From NCBI GenBank assembly GCA_016195465.1, contig JACPZO010000065.1, positions 1 through 55,251 of the forward strand: a stretch of 55,251 nt of DNA. The letters run 5' to 3'. Positions 45,719-54,550 of the stretch are shown here, piece after piece. The stretch is from Nitrospirota bacterium. GTDB taxonomy: Bacteria; Nitrospirota; RBG-16-64-22. The position numbers and the translations under genes were made by a program. Numbering within the stretch: the stretch's first letter is position 1; each line of letters starts with the position of its first letter. The notes under the pieces are model-generated. The model worked only from the letters and a program-made list of their open reading frames with translations, ran no database searches and was not told the DNA's origin.

Positions 45719-46300
45719 TCAGGGCGCGTCCCGCCTCGTCACGACGAGTCCCCAGTCCCCCGACGCCCGCCACTGCCTTTCGAACAGGTCCCTTGGAAAA
45801 ACCATGTTCGCCCTCCGGCCGGAATGGGCGATCACGCTTTCCGTCCCGGCGTCGTACCCCACGACGACGGCATAGTGCCGCAACGTGCCCCGGGGCAGAC
45901 CGACGTCGAGGAGAACGATGACGGGGTTTCCTTGCCGGAGGTCACGGAGAAGAGAGGGGAAGCCGCCCCGGTGGATCCGGCTCTCGAAGCCGAGAGTCCT
46001 GGGGTAGATGAGGAGATCGACCGTGAGCGTTCCCTTGAGCTTCGGGAGGTAGATCTCGGAGGCGATCAGGCCCGGGGAGACGGGATGTCCCCGGAAAGCC
46101 ATGACCATGGCGAGGGCCGCGGGACCGCAACGTTCCGGCTCCTGGGGAAAGAACGGGACGCCCGCGATATAGACGCCCCGGGCGGGGTCTCGCCGGATCT
46201 GTCTGGAGAGCGCCTCGCCGGAGAGAAGCGGCGCGCATGAGGCAAGGAGAAGGAGCGCCGGCGCAAGGAGCCGCCCCCGCCCATTCACCCGCTTGCCCAT
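45719..46300 (-). CDS. C39-like cysteine peptidase lipoprotein (PA2778-like)
   Basis: Lipobox LLLLASC. The catalytic-Cys context is PQEPERCGPAALAMVMAF, with the later HYAVVVGYD. Confidence 0.65.
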   Translation of the reverse strand: MGKRVNGRGRLLAPALLLLASCAPLLSGEALSRQIRRDPARGVYIAGVPFFPQEPERCGPAALAMVMAFRGHPVSPGLIASEIYLPKLKGTLTVDLLIYPRTLGFESRIHRGGFPSLLRDLRQGNPVIVLLDVGLPRGTLRHYAVVVGYDAGTESVIAHSGRRANMVFPRDLFERQWRASGDWGLVVTRRDAP

Positions 46301-46311
46301 TGACCGCGTCC

Positions 46312-46692
46312 CTACGATATATGAACCCTCTTCCCCGAGAAATAGAGGTACATGAGGAAGGCGATGATCAGGACGAGGACGAGGACCGCGGCCCCGTCGC
46401 CGCCGGCCTCGACCCCGCCCGACGCGGAGACGTTCGCGGCGATCGCGTGGATATCGTCCGGCGTCAGGGCGTCGAGCCTCGCTTGAATCTCCTCGGGAGC
46501 GAGACCCAGGGCGGCCAGCCTCTCGCGGACGACCTGCTGTTCAAGGGCCGACGAAACGATGGCCCGGTCCGCCTCGATCTCGACGGGCGAGGGGACCGGG
46601 GCCGCGAGGCCGGCGGCGGGGACGAGTGCCCAGAAGGCCAGGACGGCGAAGACGAGCCATGCAGTGCGGAAGAATGTTCCGGATCGTCTCAT
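46312..46692 (-). CDS. small secreted/membrane-anchored protein (PA2779-like)
   Basis: MRRSGTFFRTAWLVFAVLAFWALVPAAGLA signal sequence, ERLAALGLAPEEIQARLDALTPDDIHAIA and a C-terminal TM segment. It lies upstream of the C39-like gene on the same strand. Confidence 0.55.
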   Translation of the reverse strand: MRRSGTFFRTAWLVFAVLAFWALVPAAGLAAPVPSPVEIEADRAIVSSALEQQVVRERLAALGLAPEEIQARLDALTPDDIHAIAANVSASGGVEAGGDGAAVLVLVLIIAFLMYLYFSGKRVHIS

Positions 46693-46799
46693 CGGGTGTT
46701 CCCCCTCTTGAAGATGGACATTTAGACCGGGCTCGATCCAACCGTTGAAAATTCTAGCGTTCGCGGCGGGCCGAGGCAAGGGGAAATCTTCATTGTTCC

Positions 46800-46828
46800 T
46801 TGACATGTTTCCGACGAATGTGATAAAT
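46800..46828 (+). promoter_or_regulatory. putative sigma-70-type promoter for alr (TTGACA-N17-ATAAAT)
   Basis: A perfect TTGACA at 46800-46805 sits in an AT-rich patch. The -10 candidate at 46823-46828 is weak. Confidence 0.3.
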
Positions 46829-46902
46829 ATCTCCGTGTTTTAGGGCACTTACACATTTGTCCTTGTCGCGATGAATTGACCCCAAGGGATCCCGCCGCCT
46901 CG

Positions 46903-48090
46903 ATGCCGCCTGACAGACCCACTGTCGCCGAGATCAACCTCGATCGCCTGTCGCACAATCTTGAGCAAGTCCGCCTCCGCGTCGGCTCGTCGGCGGCGAT
47001 CCTCGCCGTCGTGAAGGCCAACGCGTACGGTCACGGGGCCGTTCCCGTGGCGCGCAGGCTGGTCTCGGATGGAGTCGCGATGCTTGGCGTCGCGACGGTC
47101 GAGGAAGGGATCGAGCTCCGGGATGCGGGAATCGAGGCCCCCGTCCTCATTCTGGGAGGGATCTTCGGGGAGGACTTGACGGCCGTGGCCGCCTTCCACC
47201 TTCGCCCGGTCGTCTACACGAGGGAGGTCCTTCGTCCCTTGTCCGAGGCGGCGCTCGCGGCCGGGACCGAGATCGATGTCCACGTCAAAGTGGACACGGG
47301 AATGGGCCGGCTGGGGACGGCCCTGGACGATCTGCCGGAGCTCCTCGCCGCGATCGCCCGGACGCCCGGACTCCGGGTGGAGGGAATCCTTACCCACTTC
47401 GCGGAAGCGGACCTCGCGGACCCCGAATTCGCCCGGACGCAGATGGCCCTGCTCGACCGGGCGGTCTGGATGCTCCGGGAAAACGGCATGGCGCCCCGGT
47501 ACGTCCACGCCGCCAATTCGGCGGCGATCGTGACGCTTCCCGAGTCTCATCGGACGCTGGTCCGGCCGGGGATCGCGCTCTACGGATACCTTCCCTCTCC
47601 CGCCCTTTCGTTTCCGGCGCCGCTTGAGCCGGTGATGTCGTTCCAGACGAAGGTTGTCTTCATCAAGACGGTCCCAGGCGGCACCCCTATTTCCTACGGC
47701 CGCACGTTCGTGACGAAGCGGACGAGCCGCATCGGGACGATTCCGGCTGGATACGCGGACGGGTTCGACCGGCGTCTGTCGAACCGGGGCGAGGTCCTCG
47801 TGGCGGGCCGGCGGGCCCCCGTCGTCGGCCGCGTCTGCATGGACCTCGCAATGATCGACCTGACGGACGTTCCAGAGGCGCGCGCGGGGGACGAAGCGGT
47901 CCTCATCGGCGGGCAGACGGGTCCGGACGGAACGGCCGGCTTCATCGGGGCGGACGAGATGGCTTCCTGGATGGGGACAATCTCCTACGATGTCCTGTGC
48001 GGAATCGGCCCTCGGGTGCCGCGGCGGATCGTGGGCGGGACGCGCCGGGCGGATGTCCGGGCCGGATACGCGGGAGCCGCCGCCGAGTGA
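46903..48090 (+). CDS. alr: alanine racemase
   Basis: RPTVAEINLDRLSHN and AVVKANAYGHGA (PLP-Lys motif). The ORF-track start is TTG 46876. ATG 46903 is preferred. Confidence 0.92.
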   Translation: MPPDRPTVAEINLDRLSHNLEQVRLRVGSSAAILAVVKANAYGHGAVPVARRLVSDGVAMLGVATVEEGIELRDAGIEAPVLILGGIFGEDLTAVAAFHLRPVVYTREVLRPLSEAALAAGTEIDVHVKVDTGMGRLGTALDDLPELLAAIARTPGLRVEGILTHFAEADLADPEFARTQMALLDRAVWMLRENGMAPRYVHAANSAAIVTLPESHRTLVRPGIALYGYLPSPALSFPAPLEPVMSFQTKVVFIKTVPGGTPISYGRTFVTKRTSRIGTIPAGYADGFDRRLSNRGEVLVAGRRAPVVGRVCMDLAMIDLTDVPEARAGDEAVLIGGQTGPDGTAGFIGADEMASWMGTISYDVLCGIGPRVPRRIVGGTRRADVRAGYAGAAAE

Positions 48091-48905
48091 GCGAAGCGAA
48101 GGCATTCCTTCGCGTGGACGGGTTCGTCGCCGTCGCCCGATTCTTCGTCGAGGCGGTGGGGACGGTGGGCGTCGCTTTCCTCGAGGAAGCGGGACGGATC
48201 GTCAGCCTCCTCTATCAGACCCTGCGGTGGTCCGTCCGCCCTCCATTCGATCTCCGGAACGTCCTGCGCCAGTGCGAGGCGATCGGCGTCAATTCCATAC
48301 CGGTGATCCTGATCACGGCCGTCTTCACGGGAATGGTGCTGGCGTACCAGAGCTACACGGGGTTCAAGCGGTTCAACGCCGAGTCGCTGGTCGGAACGGT
48401 CGTCGCCCTCTCGATGACCCGGGAGCTGGGGCCCGTGCTCACGGCCCTCGTGCTGGCCGGCCGCGCGGGCGCGGCCATGGCCGCCGAGCTCGGGACGATG
48501 AAGGTGACCGAGCAGATCGACGCCCTGCTCACGCTCGCGACCAATCCGGTCAAGTACCTGATCGCCCCACGCTTCCTGGCGACCGTCGTCATGCTCCCGG
48601 CGCTCACGGTGGTTGCCGACCTCCTGGGGATCATCGGCGGGTATTTCGTGGGCGTGAACGTCCTGGACGCGAATCCCACCGTCTACATCCGGCGGACGAC
48701 CGAGTATCTGAAGGTCGACGACATCGTGAACGGGCTCATCAAGGCGGCCGTCTTCGGCGGGATCATCGCGATCGTGTCGTGCGACCGCGGGTTCTACACC
48801 GAGGGGGGCGCGGAAGGAGTCGGGAAGGCCACGATGAGCGCCGTGGTCCTCTCCATGATGCTCATCCTGATCAGCAACTATTTCTTGAACACGGTCCTGT
48901 TCTGA
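48087..48905 (+). CDS. mlaE: MlaE-family ABC transporter permease
   Basis: MTRELGPVLTALVLAGRAGAAMAAELGTMKVTEQIDAL is the MlaE signature. GTGA overlap with alr. Confidence 0.9.
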   Translation: MSEAKAFLRVDGFVAVARFFVEAVGTVGVAFLEEAGRIVSLLYQTLRWSVRPPFDLRNVLRQCEAIGVNSIPVILITAVFTGMVLAYQSYTGFKRFNAESLVGTVVALSMTRELGPVLTALVLAGRAGAAMAAELGTMKVTEQIDALLTLATNPVKYLIAPRFLATVVMLPALTVVADLLGIIGGYFVGVNVLDANPTVYIRRTTEYLKVDDIVNGLIKAAVFGGIIAIVSCDRGFYTEGGAEGVGKATMSAVVLSMMLILISNYFLNTVLF

Positions 48906-48908
48906 CGG

Positions 48909-49688
48909 ATGAAGGGAAACCCGGTGGAGGAGGAGCCGAAGATCAAGCTGGTCGACGTCCACAAGGCGTTCGGGCCGAAGGTCGTCCTCAAGGGGGTGAA
49001 CCTCGCGATCCGCTCCGGGGAGAGCATGGTGGTGATCGGCGGATCGGGGACGGGAAAGAGCGTTCTCATCAAGCACATGATCGGTCTTCTCAGGCCGGAT
49101 CGGGGGCGGGTCTTCGTGGACGGTGTGGAGGTGGAGGGTCTCGACGAGAGCGGTCTCGTCGAACTGAGGAAGAAGTTCGGGATGCTCTTCCAGGGGGCGG
49201 CCTTGTTCGATTCGTTGACCGTCTGGGAGAACGTGGGCTTCGGCCTCAAGCGGCACATGAAGATGGGGGACGCCGAGGTCAAGGAGGCCGCCGTCGCGAA
49301 GCTCCGGATGGTGGGGCTCCGGAACGTCGAGGACCTGATGCCGTCGGCCCTTTCGGGGGGGATGCGGAAGCGCGTCGGCCTGGCCCGGGCCATCGCGATG
49401 GACCCGGAGATCATTCTCTACGACGAACCGACGACGGGGCTCGACCCGATCATGGCCGACGTGATCAACGACCTGATCGTCAAGCTCAAGGAGGAGATCC
49501 ACTCGACGTCGGTGGCGATCACGCACGACATGGTGAGCGCGTATAAGATCGCCGACCGGATCGCCATGCTCTACCAGGGGGAGATCCAGGCGGTGGGGAC
49601 GCCGGACGAGATCCGCGGATGCGACAATCCGATCGTCCAACAGTTCATCCACGGAAGGGCCACGGGTCCGATCCGGGTGGACGTGTGA
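48909..49688 (+). CDS. mlaF: MlaF-like ABC transporter ATP-binding protein
   Basis: GGSGTGKSVL, LSGGMRKRVGLARA and ILYDEPTTGLDP. Confidence 0.9.
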   Translation: MKGNPVEEEPKIKLVDVHKAFGPKVVLKGVNLAIRSGESMVVIGGSGTGKSVLIKHMIGLLRPDRGRVFVDGVEVEGLDESGLVELRKKFGMLFQGAALFDSLTVWENVGFGLKRHMKMGDAEVKEAAVAKLRMVGLRNVEDLMPSALSGGMRKRVGLARAIAMDPEIILYDEPTTGLDPIMADVINDLIVKLKEEIHSTSVAITHDMVSAYKIADRIAMLYQGEIQAVGTPDEIRGCDNPIVQQFIHGRATGPIRVDV

Positions 49689-49725
49689 GAAGGGCTGGGC
49701 TGAGAACCGTAGTTAAGGAGGCTCA

Positions 49726-51192
49726 ATGCGTCAGATGACGACCGAGCTCAAGGTTGGGATCTTCATCATCCTTGCGGTGCTGGTGCTGGCCTACATGACG
49801 ATGCGCGTGGGCGACTACCGCATCCGCCAGAAGGACGGATACCGGCTGATCGCCACGTTCGACAACGTGGCGGGGCTCGACGTCAAGTCGGCCGTCAAGA
49901 TGGCGGGGGTCGACGCCGGCAAGGTGGAGAAGATCGAGCTCGTGGGTGGCCGGGCGCGGGTCACGATCCGGGTCCGGCCGGACGTGGTCGTCCACACCGA
50001 CGGCCAGGCCATGGTCCGGGCAACCGGCATGCTGGGGGATAAGTACATGGAGCTGACGCCGGGGACGCCCGATGCCCCCGCCGCGAAGGACGGCGCGGTG
50101 CTGAAGCCCGCCGAGAAGATCACGGACTTCGAGCGGCTCCTGTCCGTCTTCACCGACGTGGGCGAAGACCTCAAGGGCGTGACGCGGACGCTCAACGAGG
50201 TCCTCGGAACGAAGGAAGGAAAGGAGGACCTCCGGGCGATCGTCACCAACCTCCGGAACCTCTCCAAGAACATGGACACGCTGGTCGTCCAGAACAAGGA
50301 AGCGATCAAGAACACGATCGACAACCTGGAGGCGGTCTCGGGGACCGTGAAGGAGGACTGGCCGGCCCTGTCGAAGGATCTGAGGGAGGCATCCTCCTCG
50401 CTGAGGGCGATCCTCGACGAGAACCGCGGACCGGCGAAGGACGCGCTGGCGAACGTCAAGAGGGCGTCGGAGAAGCTCGACGACGTTCTGGCGTCGGTCG
50501 ACCGGATCGCCAAGAGAATCGACAAGGGCGAGGGGACGGTCGGCAAGCTGATGACGGACGACAAGCTCTATACGCAGGTCACGAACGCCGCCGACGGGAT
50601 CAACCGGTACATCACTCGCACCGAGCGGTTCAGGACGTTCGTTTCGTTTCGGGGCGAATACCAGCATCAGGACCGGGACACGAAGGGGTACTTCGGCCTG
50701 ACGCTCCAGCCGAGAGACGACAAGTCGTACATCTTCGAGGTTATCAAGGACCCCAAGGGGAAGCGGACGGAGACGACGACCACCACGACGCGGACGGACG
50801 GGGGAGCGACGACCACCGACACCGCGAAGGAAGTCAAGTTCGAAGACAAGCTCGCGTTCACCGCCCAGTTCGGCCGGCGCTGGGGGCCCCTGGCCCTCCG
50901 GATCGGGCTGACGGAATCCGAGTTCGGCCTCGGCGGGGACGCCTACCTCCTGAAGGACGATCTGCGGCTGTCGGTGGACGCCTGGAGGTTCTCTTCGGAC
51001 GAAACGGACAACAAGCGCGTTCACATGAAGGCGGCGGCGAGCTACTCCATGTTCAAGTACCTCTTCGCGACCGTGGGATGGGACAACTTCCTGAACCGGA
51101 AGCGGGACAACTTCTTCGTCGGCGGCGGGGTCCGGTTCGAGGACGAGGACTTGAAGTACATTCTCGGCACGGTCCCGATTCCAAAGCAATGA
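49726..51192 (+). CDS. mlaD: MCE/MlaD-family protein with a long helical and beta-rich C-terminal extension
   Basis: AAGGAGG Shine-Dalgarno upstream. A TM anchor plus an MCE domain (FDNVAGLDVKSAVKMAGVDAGKVEKIEL). 488 aa in total, with a Thr-rich linker and a beta-strand-like tail. Confidence 0.85.
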   Translation: MRQMTTELKVGIFIILAVLVLAYMTMRVGDYRIRQKDGYRLIATFDNVAGLDVKSAVKMAGVDAGKVEKIELVGGRARVTIRVRPDVVVHTDGQAMVRATGMLGDKYMELTPGTPDAPAAKDGAVLKPAEKITDFERLLSVFTDVGEDLKGVTRTLNEVLGTKEGKEDLRAIVTNLRNLSKNMDTLVVQNKEAIKNTIDNLEAVSGTVKEDWPALSKDLREASSSLRAILDENRGPAKDALANVKRASEKLDDVLASVDRIAKRIDKGEGTVGKLMTDDKLYTQVTNAADGINRYITRTERFRTFVSFRGEYQHQDRDTKGYFGLTLQPRDDKSYIFEVIKDPKGKRTETTTTTTRTDGGATTTDTAKEVKFEDKLAFTAQFGRRWGPLALRIGLTESEFGLGGDAYLLKDDLRLSVDAWRFSSDETDNKRVHMKAAASYSMFKYLFATVGWDNFLNRKRDNFFVGGGVRFEDEDLKYILGTVPIPKQ

Positions 51193-51212
51193 AGGGGGAA
51201 TCGGGAAGAAAG

Positions 51213-51340
51213 CCACAGAGGCACAGAGGCACAGAGGCACAGAGCAATCGGTGGTTGAACCTTGGAAAACGAGCGAATCGGTGAATCGGGACGTCGAAAG
51301 GGTCGACGGGTCGAAGGGTCAAAGGGTCGAAGGGACTCGG
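51213..51340. repeat. three different octamer tandem arrays in one intergenic region
   Basis: (C/G)CACAGAG x4 at 51213-51244. A GGTGAATC-type remnant lies at about 51275-51288. GGTCGAAG-type x6 at 51293-51340. Confidence 0.85.
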
Positions 51341-51372
51341 AAGCTCACGCGAATGGGAGGAAGGCAGGGGAG

Positions 51373-52677
51373 ATGATGAAAACTGGGATTGCCGAAGAGG
51401 TTCACGGCCCGGATGCGGCCGTCGGAAAATCGTTCCACGACATACCGATCCATCCGGTCGTGCAGGGCAACATCGACCGGCTCGGGTTCGTCCGGATGAC
51501 GCCGATCCAGGAGAGGACGCTTCCGATCTCGCTCGCGGGGCGGGACGTGGCGGGGCAGGCCCAGACGGGGACGGGGAAGACGGCCGCGTTCCTGATCGCG
51601 ATCATGACGAGACTCCTCGCGCACCCCCCGGCGAGAAAGGCGGGGAAGCCGGGACCGCGGTCCCTGATCGTGGCGCCCACCCGGGAGCTGGCCGTGCAGA
51701 TCGAGGCGGACGCGGCGGGTCTCGGGGAGGGGACGGGGCTCCGAATCGGGGCGGTGTACGGAGGGGTGGACTACGAAAAGCAGCGGAAGATGCTGGCCGA
51801 TGGCCTCGACATCCTCGTCGGGACGCCGGGCCGGCTGATCGACTACTTTAAGCAGAAAGTCTACACGCTCGACGGGATCGAGGTCCTGGTGATCGACGAA
51901 GCGGACCGGATGTTCGACATGGGGTTCATCCCGGACCTCCGGTACATGCTGAGGCGGATGCCCAAGTACGACCGGCGCCAGTCGATGCTTTTCTCCGCGA
52001 CATTGTCCGCGAGGGTGATGGAGCTCTCGTATGAGCACATGAACAATCCCGAGAAAGTCTCCGTTTCTCCGGAGCAGGTCACGGCCGAGCGGGTGAAGCA
52101 GGTCCTCTACCACGTCGAGCGGCGGGAAAAGCTCCCGCTTCTGCTCGGCATTCTCCAGCGGGAGGCCCCGGACCGGACGCTGATCTTCGTCAACACGAAA
52201 AGGCAGGGCGAGCGGCTGGCCGAGCGCCTGACGCGGTTCGGCCGCGAGACGCGGGCGATCACGGGCGACATTCCGCAGAAGAAGCGCCTCCGGATGTTGA
52301 GCGATTTCAAGGAGGGACAGCTCCCGGTTCTTGTGGCTACGGACGTGGCTTCGCGGGGGCTGCACATCGAGGGCGTGACCCACGTGATCAACTACGATCT
52401 CCCCCAGGACCCGGAGGACTACGTCCACCGGATCGGCCGCACGGCCCGGGCGGGCGCGGAAGGGACGGCGATCTCGCTGGCGTGCGAGGAGTTCGTGTTC
52501 GGCCTGGAGGCGATCGAGGAGTTGATCGGGCACAAGATCCCGGTCGAATGGGCCGCCGAGGAGATGTTCGTCGAGGTTGGCCATGCCTTGCGGGAGAGGG
52601 CCGGGGAGTCCGCGGCCTCTCCGAGGGGCGGAGCAGGGAGACCGGGCGGACGCCCGCAGCGAAGGAGACGCTCATGA
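51373..52677 (+). CDS. DEAD-box ATP-dependent RNA helicase
   Basis: AQTGTGKTAAFL, VIDEADRM, FSATLS and HRIGRTARAG. The start is at MMKTGIAEE. Confidence 0.92.
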   Translation: MMKTGIAEEVHGPDAAVGKSFHDIPIHPVVQGNIDRLGFVRMTPIQERTLPISLAGRDVAGQAQTGTGKTAAFLIAIMTRLLAHPPARKAGKPGPRSLIVAPTRELAVQIEADAAGLGEGTGLRIGAVYGGVDYEKQRKMLADGLDILVGTPGRLIDYFKQKVYTLDGIEVLVIDEADRMFDMGFIPDLRYMLRRMPKYDRRQSMLFSATLSARVMELSYEHMNNPEKVSVSPEQVTAERVKQVLYHVERREKLPLLLGILQREAPDRTLIFVNTKRQGERLAERLTRFGRETRAITGDIPQKKRLRMLSDFKEGQLPVLVATDVASRGLHIEGVTHVINYDLPQDPEDYVHRIGRTARAGAEGTAISLACEEFVFGLEAIEELIGHKIPVEWAAEEMFVEVGHALRERAGESAASPRGGAGRPGGRPQRRRRS

Positions 52678-53420
52678 GACGCCTGGGGGCGGTCCTTCTC
52701 GCGTCGGCGGTCTCGCTCTTGTCGGCGGCCCCGGACGCCGCCGCGCGGGGATTCAAAGTGTACGGGGTCGAGGCGCCCGCGCGCGGCGAAACAGAGGCGG
52801 TCTACTGGGCGGACTACGTGGTTGCGGGAGGAAAGGATTCGGCCGATCGCCTGTGGCGCCACACCGTCGAGATAGATTACAGTTTCTCCGATCGATGGAC
52901 GCTCGGCGTCTTCGGGGATTTCGAGGATACCAAGGAAGGCTCTCTGCGCTACGCGCAGGCGCGGTTCCTGCTCCGGACAAAGGTCCTGGACGTTTCCCCT
53001 TCCGGGGCCGGTCTCGCCTTTCACGTGGTTTACGATTTCCCGGAAAACTGGTACCGGAGCTACGAGCAGGTCGAGGTCCGGATGATCTTCGAGCAGTTCT
53101 TCGGGATCTGGAACGTGCGCCTCAACCCGATCTTCGAGAAGAAGACGAGCGGTCCCAACGTGACCGACGGTCTGTCGTTCGCCTACGCCGCGGGGGCCTA
53201 TCGTCCGGTCTCGCCGAGCGTCAGCGCGGGGATCGAGCTCCACGGCGGGATCGGGGAGATCCGGGACCGGGACCCGACGCCGAAACAGAAGCACTACGTG
53301 GTCCCGACCTTCAAGTGGAGAGTGAACAAGCGGCTCTCGTGGGAGGTGGGCGCGGCGGTGGGCTATACGCGGGACGCCGACGATTTCACGCTGAAGAGCT
53401 TGTTGGAGTACCGCTTCTAG
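52674..53420 (+). CDS. outer-membrane beta-barrel protein (hypothetical)
   Basis: Signal peptide MRRLGAVLLASAVSLLSAAPDAAA, alternating beta-strand pattern and C-terminal ...LLEYRF (terminal aromatic). ATGA overlap with the helicase. Confidence 0.65.
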   Translation: MRRLGAVLLASAVSLLSAAPDAAARGFKVYGVEAPARGETEAVYWADYVVAGGKDSADRLWRHTVEIDYSFSDRWTLGVFGDFEDTKEGSLRYAQARFLLRTKVLDVSPSGAGLAFHVVYDFPENWYRSYEQVEVRMIFEQFFGIWNVRLNPIFEKKTSGPNVTDGLSFAYAAGAYRPVSPSVSAGIELHGGIGEIRDRDPTPKQKHYVVPTFKWRVNKRLSWEVGAAVGYTRDADDFTLKSLLEYRF

Positions 53421-53424
53421 TGGC

Positions 53425-53456
53425 GGTGAATCGGTGAATGGGTGAATCGGTGAATC
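53425..53456. repeat. four tandem octamers GGTGAAT(C/G), reverse complement of the rpoN-upstream array
   Basis: GGTGAATC GGTGAATG GGTGAATC GGTGAATC, immediately after the OMP stop. Confidence 0.85.
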
Positions 53457-53539
53457 GGAAACATTACCAGCCCGGCGATTCGTTGCCTTGTACCGCCGGC
53501 GATCCGATCAATCACTCACCCATGAAGCGGATCTGAAGA

Positions 53540-54550
53540 ATGTCCGAGCTTCGCCAGGATCCCACGACGAACGACTGGGTGATCATCGCCCACGAGCGCG
53601 CGAAGCGTCCGAACCACTTTACCCGATCGAAGGGGCCGGTCGAGCTTCTGCCTCCGTACCGCCCGGACTGCCCCTTTTGCGAGGGGAACGAGTCGATGAC
53701 GCCCGCGGAGGAGTGGGCCTACCGATCGGGCGCGCCGAACGGGCCCGGATGGTGGGTGCGCACGATCGCCAACAAGTTCGCCGCCTTGAACATGCAAGGG
53801 TCGATGGAGCGGAAGGACGAGTTCGGTCTCTTCCGCCGGATGGACGGCGTGGGGAAGCACGAGATCATCGTCGAGGCCCCGCGGCACGACTTGAGCATGG
53901 CCTTGATGCCCCCCCAGCAAGTGGAGGAGATTATCCTCATGTACCGGGACCGGTACCTCCAGATGCGCGAGGACCCGCGGTTCAAGTACGTGACGGTCTT
54001 CAAGAACCACGGCGAGCGGGCGGGGACGTCGATCGAGCACCCGCATTCGCAGATCGTGGCCACGCCGATCGTGCCCGCGGCCGTCCGGCGCCGGCTCGAC
54101 GTGGCCATCCAGTACTACGACAACACGGGAAAGTGCATCTACTGCGACGTCCTGATCGTCGAGCAGAAAACCGGGAGCCGGGTCGTCCACGAGAGCGACC
54201 GGTTCGTCGCGTTCCATCCCTTCGCTTCCCGCTCCCCGTTCGAGACGTGGATCTTCCCGAAGGTCCGGCAGTCGGCGTTCGGCCAGATCTCGATCGGCGA
54301 GGCGAAGGAGTTCGCCCGCGTCCTCCGGATCGTCCTGCTGAAACTCCACAAGGGTCTAGACAACCCGGACTACAACGCGATCATCCACACCGTCCCGTTC
54401 AAGGACGAGGTGGAGGAGTACTACTTGTGGCACATGCAGATCGTTCCCCGGGTCAGCCACGTGGCGGGTTTCGAGATGGGTTCGGGAATCTACATCAACT
54501 CGGCGGTGCCGGAGGAGACCGCCGCCTTCATCCGCGGGATCGAGGCGTGA
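53540..54550 (+). CDS. galT: galactose-1-phosphate uridylyltransferase family (HIT-like nucleotidyltransferase)
   Basis: CPFCEGNE zinc motif and the active site EHPHSQIVATP (H-x-H-x-Q). Confidence 0.8.
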   Translation: MSELRQDPTTNDWVIIAHERAKRPNHFTRSKGPVELLPPYRPDCPFCEGNESMTPAEEWAYRSGAPNGPGWWVRTIANKFAALNMQGSMERKDEFGLFRRMDGVGKHEIIVEAPRHDLSMALMPPQQVEEIILMYRDRYLQMREDPRFKYVTVFKNHGERAGTSIEHPHSQIVATPIVPAAVRRRLDVAIQYYDNTGKCIYCDVLIVEQKTGSRVVHESDRFVAFHPFASRSPFETWIFPKVRQSAFGQISIGEAKEFARVLRIVLLKLHKGLDNPDYNAIIHTVPFKDEVEEYYLWHMQIVPRVSHVAGFEMGSGIYINSAVPEETAAFIRGIEA

